32,000 bases of DNA from Gemmata obscuriglobus (GTDB lineage Bacteria > Planctomycetota > Planctomycetia > Gemmatales > Gemmataceae), in the NCBI RefSeq assembly GCF_008065095.1, contig NZ_CP042911.1:2280001-2312000 (forward strand), written 5' to 3'. The notes below the pieces were generated by a model, which made no database searches, was not told the DNA's origin, and saw only the letters and a list, made by a program, of their open reading frames with translations. A program made the position numbers and the translations under genes. Shown here one piece after another: positions 24,568 to 32,000 of this stretch. The first letter of the stretch is position 1; every line of letters starts with the position of its first letter.

Positions 24568-27384
24568 TCAGTCCCGGCCGCCGGACTTGGCGTTCTCGTC
24601 CAGCTTCTTTTTCTGCTCCTCGGTCTCCTCGTACCGGAACTCTTTCTTCAGAAGGGCCACGACCGACTGTCGCGCATCGCGGGCCGCCTCGAACCGGAAC
24701 TCGTTGATCACGGCGTGCTTCGGAGCGGTCGGCGGGTACACGTCCTTCGCGAAGCTGTCCGCGCTCTGGAGCGCCAGCGGGTCGGTCGACGGCCGCACCA
24801 GCACCGCCACGTAGAACGTGTCCTTCGGCGCGTCCGGCAGCACCAGCGCGTTCTTGAACGGCTTGTCACGGTTGTCGATCAGGGCGGACACAAACTCGCG
24901 GGTCGGGTACGGGATGTTCTCCGACTCGTTCAGCCCGAACGGTTGGAGCCGCCCGGCCAGGTTCATCCCCTGCGAGAACATCTGTTGGAGCACTTCCGGG
25001 CTGAGGCTCGCCAGGTCGATCGGGGTCAGCGGGCTGACGTTGTCGATCTCGAACGCCTTCGCGCGGAAGTACGCTTTGTTCCCCGCCGGAATTTCGCTTT
25101 GCAGCTTGTTCGCTTGTTCCGCCACGGCCTGGTGCAGGGTAACCGAGCTGCTCGCCGGGTCCTTACGGATCGCCTCGGCGACGGCCTCGGCCCGCTGCTG
25201 GGCCAGTTCGCGCGCCTTAATCCGCTTCCAGGTCGCCCGCACCTGATCCTTCATCGTGAGGTAGTTCGTCTTCTTCGCCTGAACGTCCTCGGTGACCCAG
25301 TAGACGTACCGCGCGCGGCCCTCGCTGCCGAAGGAGCTGCGGTCGTCGGGCGGGTACAGGGTGGCGACGAAGGTGCCGGTGCTCGGTCGGCGGCCCTGGT
25401 TCGGCTGTGCCGTCCAGAAGAAGCTCCGACCGAACGGCAGGTACCGGCTCCCGCCGTGCGCGCCGAACGCGCGGCCCAGGCTCGACTGCTGGGCCTGCAC
25501 CAGCGGACGCATCCCGGGGTCCTCTTCGAGCGTCCACTCGTCGCGCGGCGCGGCGGTCGAGCCGAACTGCTCGCCCGGCTTCGTCAGCCCGCGGTCGGCC
25601 ATGAACTTCTTGATGTAGTCGTTGACGGCCGTCTTATCCTTGGCGCGGCCCTTGTCGGACAGCTTTTCGAGCTGCTCCTTGAACCGCTCGATGTCGCCCT
25701 TCTCGCCCGAGCCGCTCGGGTCGAACCGGTTCGACTGCGACCCGAAGGCCAGCGTTTTCGCGCGCTCGCTGGTGGCGGTTTTCATCAGTTCCGGGCGGAC
25801 CGTCTCGATGGACAGCGGTTGCGGCGCGGTCGCCTGGTACACCGCCGCGCCGCCGAGGGCCGTCGGGAACAGCCCCGGGCTCGGCACGGCGCCGAGCACC
25901 AGAGGCAGGCCCGTCTTAACGCGGTCGCGGATCTCGTAGGCGATGGCCGCGCTGACCGCGACCGACGCTCCGGCGGCGGGGTGCCCGAACGGCACCGTTT
26001 GCCCGCTGAAGCCGCCGAGCGCGGCCGCAAGCGTTCCGGGCCGCACCGTACTGGTCGGGAGCAGGTCGCGGGTGAACAGCGTTGAGCGGTCGTACGCGCC
26101 GCCCCCGAACATCTGATGCACCTTGTCGGCGAACTCGGTCTTGTACCGCGTGTACGCGGCGTCCACCGCGGGCTCTTTGAGCGCCAGCGGCGCGACCGCG
26201 GCCTCCGCCCACGCGGCGCCCACGCCGGGCACCGGTACGGCCGTCAGACCCGACACCTTCGCCATCACCTCGCCGACCCTGAGCTGGTCCGCGGCGAGCT
26301 TCTGGTAGTACGGCTCGTCCCCGGTGAGCGCGAGCCAACTGACCGACAGCTTCCGCGGTTCCTTGAACCCGAACCCTTCCTTCGCCGGGTTCGGTTCGTC
26401 GTTGGCGTATTTGTCGTACAGCGCCTTCAGTTCGCTCTCCGACGGCTCGCCCGGAACCTTCTCGACGAACGCCTCCGCCGGCACCGGCACGATCTCGTAC
26501 TTCGCCGGGCTGCACTGCCGGCGGTAGTACTCGAACATCTCATACGGGGCGGGGTACACCGCCGCGTCCGGTCCGATCCGGCCGGCCGGGCCGAACACCG
26601 CGGTCTGCGCGGCGCGTACCTTGAACTCGACCGCCAGCGCGTCCATGCAGGCGTCCAGGTTGAACCCGTCGATCTGCTTCTGGAGCGCCTTACGGACCTC
26701 GACGTCGGACTTGAAGAAGCTGTAGAATTCACGCGCGATGAGCGTGTGAACGTCGGCCCGGGTGAAGCGGATGCCGAGCTGGTCGGCCTTCTTCTCCCAC
26801 AGCATGAACTCGATCGTTTCGCGCGTCGTCCGGTTCGGGGCGTTGAGGAAGAACAGCCCGTCGGCACCGACGAACCGCCGCTGGATCAGGTCGAGCTGCG
26901 CCATGTACGCGCGGGCGGCGTCCTTGTCCTCGCTCTTCGCGGCGGGGTTCTCGGACACCGCGCGGATCGTCATCCGGGCGCGGGGGATGGTCTGTTGCGG
27001 GTTGCCGAACTGCTGGCTCATGAGCGAAAATTCGGCCATCTGGACCGCCGACGCCATCTGCTGGCCGTCGTCGCCCAGCTTGCCGCGCTGCTGATCGGTG
27101 TACCGGCGGAGGCTTTCAAGAGTCTCGCTGGCGGCGAGGTTCATGAACGAGTTCGCCATGACCCGCCCGCGGCGCACGCGCGAGACGTCACTCTCCTTGA
27201 TCGTGCTGCCGTCGAGCCGGCAGACGACCTCGCCCTTCCGTCCGCCGCCGAGCCAGCGCGACAGCCGGTCGAACGCGTCGTTCGAGCCGAACGACAGCGT
27301 GAACATGATCATGATGAAGACGGTCAGAACCGCGAACAACGCCTTCTGGTTCCGGCGGAAAATGTTGAACGGGTTGTAAGCCAT
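24568..27384 (-). CDS. Large N-terminally anchored periplasmic protein, PpiD/SurA-N-like (no parvulin domain recognised)
   Basis: From ATG 27384 the protein starts MAYNPFNIFRRNQKALFAVLTVFIMIMFTLSFG (signal anchor), then VVCRLDGSTIKESDV, which resembles a PpiD N-terminus. The C-terminal segment is DKPFKNALVLPDAPKDTFYVAVLV. The 97 codons upstream to 27675 look non-coding. Confidence 0.5.
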   Translation of the reverse strand: MAYNPFNIFRRNQKALFAVLTVFIMIMFTLSFGSNDAFDRLSRWLGGGRKGEVVCRLDGSTIKESDVSRVRRGRVMANSFMNLAASETLESLRRYTDQQRGKLGDDGQQMASAVQMAEFSLMSQQFGNPQQTIPRARMTIRAVSENPAAKSEDKDAARAYMAQLDLIQRRFVGADGLFFLNAPNRTTRETIEFMLWEKKADQLGIRFTRADVHTLIAREFYSFFKSDVEVRKALQKQIDGFNLDACMDALAVEFKVRAAQTAVFGPAGRIGPDAAVYPAPYEMFEYYRRQCSPAKYEIVPVPAEAFVEKVPGEPSESELKALYDKYANDEPNPAKEGFGFKEPRKLSVSWLALTGDEPYYQKLAADQLRVGEVMAKVSGLTAVPVPGVGAAWAEAAVAPLALKEPAVDAAYTRYKTEFADKVHQMFGGGAYDRSTLFTRDLLPTSTVRPGTLAAALGGFSGQTVPFGHPAAGASVAVSAAIAYEIRDRVKTGLPLVLGAVPSPGLFPTALGGAAVYQATAPQPLSIETVRPELMKTATSERAKTLAFGSQSNRFDPSGSGEKGDIERFKEQLEKLSDKGRAKDKTAVNDYIKKFMADRGLTKPGEQFGSTAAPRDEWTLEEDPGMRPLVQAQQSSLGRAFGAHGGSRYLPFGRSFFWTAQPNQGRRPSTGTFVATLYPPDDRSSFGSEGRARYVYWVTEDVQAKKTNYLTMKDQVRATWKRIKARELAQQRAEAVAEAIRKDPASSSVTLHQAVAEQANKLQSEIPAGNKAYFRAKAFEIDNVSPLTPIDLASLSPEVLQQMFSQGMNLAGRLQPFGLNESENIPYPTREFVSALIDNRDKPFKNALVLPDAPKDTFYVAVLVRPSTDPLALQSADSFAKDVYPPTAPKHAVINEFRFEAARDARQSVVALLKKEFRYEETEEQKKKLDENAKSGGRD

Positions 27385-27736
27385 TACAATTCCTCGGGAT
27401 GCGCCGACGCCTTCGTTGCGCAGGAGGGCCGCGGGGGTTGACAGCCTTCGTAGCACTGTACTAAGGGTGGTGGGCGCGTTCGGCCCTTGCCAGCTTCGAC
27501 CGGTTATCCGATTGTACGGAATGTGCTCCTCGGAACAATTGGAAACGGACCCGCGGCCCGCCCCTCTAATAAGGTAGGCGTGGTAGACCGGGCGAGCCGG
27601 AGCCGTCTTTCGCCCGAAGAAGACCTGCGGGCCACGAAATCCGCCCCGCGCGTTTCGCGGCGCCGGCTGCCCCAACTAAAAGAACAGCACGGGCGACTCG
27701 AACTCGCATTAGCCCTGTTGACGGAGTGACACCAGA

Positions 27737-30694
27737 GTGCCGACATCGAAAAAACCAGCGGCGACCGACGCGGCACCGAAGAAGCCCCGCGCCGCCAAAA
27801 AGGCTCCTGCAAAGGCCTCTACGAAGGCCACGGCCCCCGAGAGCGATGCGCCCGTCGCGTCGCCGGCCGGCCCCAAGGGCGGGTTCGACCTCGTTGTGGT
27901 CGAGTCGCCGGCGAAGGCCAAGACCATTAACAAGTACCTCGGCCCGAATTTCCGGGTGCTGGCCAGTTATGGTCACGTCCGCGACCTCGACACCAAGAAA
28001 AAGAAGGGCGAGGACATCGCGGGCATCGACATCGCGAACGGGTGGAAGCTGCGCTACACCGTCGACGACGGCAGCAAGTCGGAGGGCGGGCGCAAGCGGT
28101 TCCGGACCGCGAAAGAGATCCTCGGCGAGATCGGCCGCGAGGCGAGCCGGGCCAACAAGGTCTACCTCGCGAGCGACCCCGACCGCGAGGGCGAGTCGAT
28201 CGCGTGGCACATCGCGGACGAACTGAAGCTGCCGGACGCGACCACCTACCGCATCCGCTTCAACGAGATCACGAAGAACGCCGTGAACGCGGCGCTCGCC
28301 GGTGCGGAGAAGATCAACGACCTGCGCGTGTCGGCCCAGGAGGCGCGCCGGGCGATGGACCGCGTCGTGGGGTTCCCGCTCTCGAACCTGCTCGGCAAGA
28401 AGGTCGCGAGCCGTCTGAGCGCGGGCCGCGTGCAGTCGGTCGCGGTCAAGCTGATCGTAGACCGCGAGCGCGAGATCGAGGCGTTCAAGACCGAGGAATA
28501 CTGGAAGATCACCGCGCTGCTGGCGGCGCCCGGGGTGAAGGCGGCGTGGACCCCGGACCCCGCGAAGTCGAAGATCTTTGCCAAAAAGAAGACCGAGGCC
28601 GCGAAGCCGGTCGCGTGGCACAAGCCCACGGAAGAGGACACGCAAGGCGACCCGGACGAACCGGTCGTGGACAGCGAAACGGCGGACACGCCTGAAGGCG
28701 CCGAGGCCGCCGCCGCGGCGCCCGCGAGTGACGCGGGCGGCATCCCGACGCCGCCGAAGGACACGTTCCTGGCGAACCTCGCGAAGTGGGACAACGCCGA
28801 GCCCAAACTCGCGAGCGAGGCCGACGCCGACGCGGTGGTCGCCGCGCTCGCGGGCGTGCCGTTCGTGGTGTCGAAGGCGGAAAAGAAGACGCGGCAGGAC
28901 CGCCCGCTCCCGCCGTTCACCACCAGCACGCTCCAGCAGCAGGCGAACGCGCGGATGCGGTTCAGCGCCAGCCGCACGATGCAGACGGCGCAGAAGCTGT
29001 ACGAGGGTGTCGAACTGACCGGAATGGGGCAGGTCGCGCTGATTACGTACATGCGTACCGACAGCACCCGCGTGTCGAACGACGCGCTCACCGCGGTGCG
29101 GGCCTACATCCAGGGCACCACGTTCCTCGGCCCCCGGTACCTGCCGGCGCAGCCGAACGCGTACAAGTCGGGCAAGAGCGCGCAGGAGGGGCACGAGGCG
29201 GTCCGCCCGACGGACGTGAAGATCACCCCCAAGGACGCCGAGAAGGCCGGGCTCGGGGGCGACCAGTTGCGGCTCTACACCCTGATCTGGCAGCGGTTCG
29301 TGGCGAGCCAGTGTACCCCCGCCGAGATGGACGTGACGACCTACGAGATCACGGCCGGGCGCGGGCTGTTCCGCGCCAGCGGCCGGGTGATCACGTTCGA
29401 CGGCTACCGCAAGGTGCTGCCGCCGGTGGGCCGGCAGGAGGAGCCCGAACTGCCGCCGGTGAAAGAGAAGGACGTGCTGAACCGCCTCGACCTGTTCGAG
29501 AGCCAGCACTTCACGCAGCCGCCGCCGCGGTTCAACGAAGGCTCGCTGGTGAAGGCGCTTGAAAAAGAGGGCATCGGCCGCCCGAGCACCTACGCGAGCA
29601 TCATCAGCACGATCCAGAAGCGCGGGTACGTCACGCAGGACCGCGGGCGGTTCTTCGCGACCGAGATCGGGAAGGTGGTGACGGACCTGCTCGTGAAGCA
29701 CTTCCCGAACATCATGGACACGCAGTTCACGAGCAAGTTCGAGACGGAGCTGGACGAGATCGAGACCGGCAAGTTCCGGTACCGCGAGGTGCTGGACGAG
29801 TTCTGGGACTCGTTCTCGAAAACCCTCAAGAGCGCCGACGCCGAGATGCCGGTGGCGCGCGAGCTGACCGGCGAGAAGTGCCCGAAGTGCGGGCGCGACA
29901 TGCAGAAGCGGTACAGCACCACGACCGGCGGCTTCTTCGAGGGCTGCACCGGCTACAGCGCCGACCCGCCGTGCAAGTACATCAAGCCGCGCCCGGGCGA
30001 GGCCGAGCGCGAGGGGCCGACGGTCACCGACATCCCGTGCCCGGCGTGCGGCAAGCACATGGTCCGGAAGGTCGGCCGGTTCGGCGTGTTCTACACGTGC
30101 GAGGGGGCACCCGATTGCCCCACGACGATGAACGAGAACGCCGAGGGCGTTCGCACCGTCACCGCGCTGCCGACCAAGCACAAGTGCCCGAAGTGCGAGA
30201 AGCACAACCTGCTCCTGAAGGAGAGCAAGGCGGGCAAGAAGTATGTGCAGTGCCCCGACGCGAAGTGCAAGTTCATCAGCGACGCCGACGCCGACGGCGC
30301 GCCGGTGAAGCCGGCCGACACGGGTGTCGCGTGCGAGAAGTGCGGCAGCCCGATGGTGATCAAGGTGGCGTGGCGCGGGCCGTTCCTGTCGTGCAGCGGG
30401 TACCCGAAGTGCCGCAACGCGAAGTCGATCAACGCCGAGCTGCGCGAGAAGCTCAAGGACATCCTCCCGCCGCCACAGGAGAAGGTTGAGAAGAAGGAGG
30501 ACCCGGCGCTGTCGGTGGAAGTGACCGAGACGTGCCCGGAGTGCGGCGCGCCGCTGAAGCTGCGGAAGTCGCGGTTCGGGCCCGGCTACTACCTGGGCTG
30601 CTCGAAGGGGCCGAAGTGTAAGGGCAAGGGGAAGATCAGCCCCGAGCTTCAGGCCAAGATCGACGCCGCCGTTGCCGCTCCGGCGGCGCAGTGA
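27737..30694 (+). CDS. topA: DNA topoisomerase I (type IA) with an N-terminal Lys/Ala/Pro tail, an internal low-complexity insertion and five C-terminal C4 zinc ribbons
   Basis: The TOPRIM start is LVVVESPAKAKTINKYLG. Other matches are DPDREGESIAWH, RVQSVAVKLIVDREREIEAF, PPFTTSTLQQ, ITYMRTDS (catalytic Tyr region) and GIGRPSTYASII. Five CxxC...CxxC modules span 29879-30619. The start is GTG 27737. Confidence 0.95.
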   Translation: MPTSKKPAATDAAPKKPRAAKKAPAKASTKATAPESDAPVASPAGPKGGFDLVVVESPAKAKTINKYLGPNFRVLASYGHVRDLDTKKKKGEDIAGIDIANGWKLRYTVDDGSKSEGGRKRFRTAKEILGEIGREASRANKVYLASDPDREGESIAWHIADELKLPDATTYRIRFNEITKNAVNAALAGAEKINDLRVSAQEARRAMDRVVGFPLSNLLGKKVASRLSAGRVQSVAVKLIVDREREIEAFKTEEYWKITALLAAPGVKAAWTPDPAKSKIFAKKKTEAAKPVAWHKPTEEDTQGDPDEPVVDSETADTPEGAEAAAAAPASDAGGIPTPPKDTFLANLAKWDNAEPKLASEADADAVVAALAGVPFVVSKAEKKTRQDRPLPPFTTSTLQQQANARMRFSASRTMQTAQKLYEGVELTGMGQVALITYMRTDSTRVSNDALTAVRAYIQGTTFLGPRYLPAQPNAYKSGKSAQEGHEAVRPTDVKITPKDAEKAGLGGDQLRLYTLIWQRFVASQCTPAEMDVTTYEITAGRGLFRASGRVITFDGYRKVLPPVGRQEEPELPPVKEKDVLNRLDLFESQHFTQPPPRFNEGSLVKALEKEGIGRPSTYASIISTIQKRGYVTQDRGRFFATEIGKVVTDLLVKHFPNIMDTQFTSKFETELDEIETGKFRYREVLDEFWDSFSKTLKSADAEMPVARELTGEKCPKCGRDMQKRYSTTTGGFFEGCTGYSADPPCKYIKPRPGEAEREGPTVTDIPCPACGKHMVRKVGRFGVFYTCEGAPDCPTTMNENAEGVRTVTALPTKHKCPKCEKHNLLLKESKAGKKYVQCPDAKCKFISDADADGAPVKPADTGVACEKCGSPMVIKVAWRGPFLSCSGYPKCRNAKSINAELREKLKDILPPPQEKVEKKEDPALSVEVTETCPECGAPLKLRKSRFGPGYYLGCSKGPKCKGKGKISPELQAKIDAAVAAPAAQ

Positions 30695-30771
30695 ACCTGT
30701 CGGCGGAGTTCACCGCCCTTGTTGCCCGGGGAACGTTCGGCAACAAGGGCGCCTGTCCGGGGCTCGCGAGT

Positions 30772-31650
30772 ATGGGCAAACCGTTCGACGCGACCCTGAA
30801 CACCCTCATTGATGCCCACCTCGGCGATTGGGCCGCGTTTCTGGGCGCTCGCGCCGGTGTGCCGCCCGGACCGGCTGCGCCTCTCGACACCGATCTGTCA
30901 GCGACGCTGCAAGCGGACCGCCTGTTCCGCATCGACGGCGTGTCGCCCGCGGCGTTGCACCTGGAACTGGAATCCAGCGGCCGGCTCGGCATTCCGGGCG
31001 AATTGTTGCGGTACAACGTTGCGGCCTGGGCCGTGAACGGTTTGCCCGTCCACTCGGTGCTCGTGCTGCTGCGCCCGAAGGCCACCGCCACTGATCTCAC
31101 CGGCACGCTGGAGTTGGCCGGCGCGGACGGGGCACCGTACCTGACGTTCCGGTACACGGTGATTCGAGTGTGGCTCGAAACCGTGGACGCGCTGTTGGCT
31201 GCGGGGCCGGGTGTGGCTCCGCTGGCGCTGCTCACCAACGAGGCGGATGCGGACCTGCCGGCGGCGTTCGTTCGCTTCCGGCAGGCGTTGCGATCGGCCG
31301 CCGTTCCCGATAGTGTGGAACGTGGGTTGCTGGGCTCCACGTTCGTGCTGTGCGGCTTGCGCTATGACCCGGCTCGCGTCGAGACCCTGTATCGGGAGCT
31401 GAGTATGACCCTCGAAGACTCGACGACGTACCAACTCATTCTCAACCGGGGGGTGGCTCAAGGTGAGGCCCGGGGGGCCGTTGCGGAAGCCCAACGGCTG
31501 CTGCTACTGCTGGGGCAGGAGCGGTTCGGTATGGCTCCGTCGGCAATTGAGGCTGCACTGCGGGCTGTAACAGATCGTAGTCGATTGGAACGGCTCGCGC
31601 GACGTGTTCTTACCGCAACCGACTGGAACGACCTGCTCACCACGAACTGA
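30772..31650 (+). CDS. Rpn/YhgA-like PD-(D/E)xK 'putative transposase' family protein with a DUF4351-like C-terminus
   Basis: QADRLFRIDGVSPAALHLELESS fits the D...ExQ/S nuclease-core pattern of this family. LRYNVAAW follows. The C-terminus LLLLLGQERFGMAPSAIEAALRAVTDRSRLERLARRVLTATDWNDLL is DUF4351-like. An alternative start at GTG 30691 overlaps the topA stop. Confidence 0.65.
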   Translation: MGKPFDATLNTLIDAHLGDWAAFLGARAGVPPGPAAPLDTDLSATLQADRLFRIDGVSPAALHLELESSGRLGIPGELLRYNVAAWAVNGLPVHSVLVLLRPKATATDLTGTLELAGADGAPYLTFRYTVIRVWLETVDALLAAGPGVAPLALLTNEADADLPAAFVRFRQALRSAAVPDSVERGLLGSTFVLCGLRYDPARVETLYRELSMTLEDSTTYQLILNRGVAQGEARGAVAEAQRLLLLLGQERFGMAPSAIEAALRAVTDRSRLERLARRVLTATDWNDLLTTN

Positions 31651-31754
31651 ACTGAAGGGCGCGTGAATTGAGGTCCTCGACATCTCACCGAGTTGCTCGA
31701 CGCGCTCGCCCTGTCGAGCGAGCGTGACGGCCCGTTCGGCTGAGCTTTCCGTCA

Positions 31755-32000
31755 TCACGTCGTGTAGAGCGACGGCATCCGGGGCCACACGTACAGGCTC
31801 ACCATCATGCACGCGGCGGTGACCGCGGCCAGCCCGCCGATCAGCATCGCGAACACGGCCAGGGCGTTACCGGCGTACTTGCCGCCGGCGCGTTCGACCG
31901 CGCTCATTGCCGACCCGCCGAGCAGCGCGGCGCCCAACCCGAGAACGAACGGCAGCACGAACGCCACGATCTGGAGCGTGTAGTTCGCGACCTTCGACCT
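31755..32000 (-). CDS. Hypothetical small-helix membrane protein, 5'-truncated by the window edge
   Basis: The minus-strand frame stays open from the stop at 31755 to base 32000, with no stop upstream of the annotated GTG at 31967. The hydrophobic sequence is VAFVLPFVLGLGAALLGG ... LAVFAMLIGGLAAVTAACMMV. Confidence 0.45.
   Translation of the reverse strand, partial: RSKVANYTLQIVAFVLPFVLGLGAALLGGSAMSAVERAGGKYAGNALAVFAMLIGGLAAVTAACMMVSLYVWPRMPSLYTT

Noticed and set aside
24376-27441. 569-aa and 441-aa plus-strand ORFs opposite the PpiD-like gene
   Set aside because: Both are Arg/Gly/Leu-rich with no motifs. The minus-strand frame gives a coherent signal-anchor protein with balanced composition.
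27566-30205. 879-aa ORF antisense to topA
   Set aside because: topA on the plus strand has unmistakable family motifs. The antisense translation is Arg/Leu/Gly-rich with no domain features, so it is a high-GC artefact.
30691-31650. Rpn/'putative transposase' gene as a mobile element
   Set aside because: I saw no terminal inverted repeats, target duplications or a compositional break around it. Members of this family are usually stand-alone nuclease-like genes, so I annotated it as a CDS only.
31504-31755. Minus-strand ORF whose ATG overlaps the stop of the 31755-32000 gene (TGATG), suggesting translational coupling
   Set aside because: It would overlap the last ~150 nt of the Rpn-like gene. 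That gene's C-terminus has a convincing DUF4351-like sequence. The ORF's own translation has no features. A short real peptide ending before 31650 cannot be excluded.
1-32000. tRNA, rRNA or CRISPR content
   Set aside because: No T-loop/acceptor-like GGTTCGAATCC-type sequences were found outside coding frames. I saw no rRNA-like conserved blocks and no regularly spaced direct repeats while reading the window.

Overview
High-GC window (about two-thirds G+C by hand counts of sample blocks). It reads as ordinary chromosomal DNA from a planctomycete, probably Gemmataceae-like. That lineage call is inference from a TIGR02996-type 'repeat-companion' N-terminus, Tat-signal Gfo/Idh/MocA plus DUF1080 genes, DUF4351/Rpn-like genes and Lys/Ala/Pro-rich protein tails. 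I support 22 protein-coding genes, one cut by the window edge. I see no rRNA, tRNA, CRISPR array or bounded transposon. Housekeeping genes are recognisable with high confidence: glutamate dehydrogenase, RecD2-type helicase and topoisomerase I. Envelope and periplasm genes include ApbE, a DoxX-like protein, a Tat-exported Gfo/Idh/MocA oxidoreductase, a double DUF1080 protein, an SDR/epimerase, three large GT-C-like polytopic membrane proteins and a PpiD-like anchored protein. The most interesting locus is 14.4-19.7 kb. It holds a bona fide KamA-type lysine 2,3-aminomutase, a 2-TM miniprotein and two paralogous Ddl-like ATP-grasp ligases, which I propose as a candidate beta-lysine ligation pathway. 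No such route is known to me. This cluster is split by a ParE/RelE-type toxin-antitoxin pair and a lower-GC orphan gene. Non-coding structure worth checking includes a hairpin with a 51-bp stem between convergent genes, a composite GC-rich REP-like inverted repeat and a perfect 36-bp palindrome centred on CACGTG. Many very long ORFs antisense to real genes are high-GC artefacts and were rejected. All functional calls rest on motif recognition by eye, and no database search was run.
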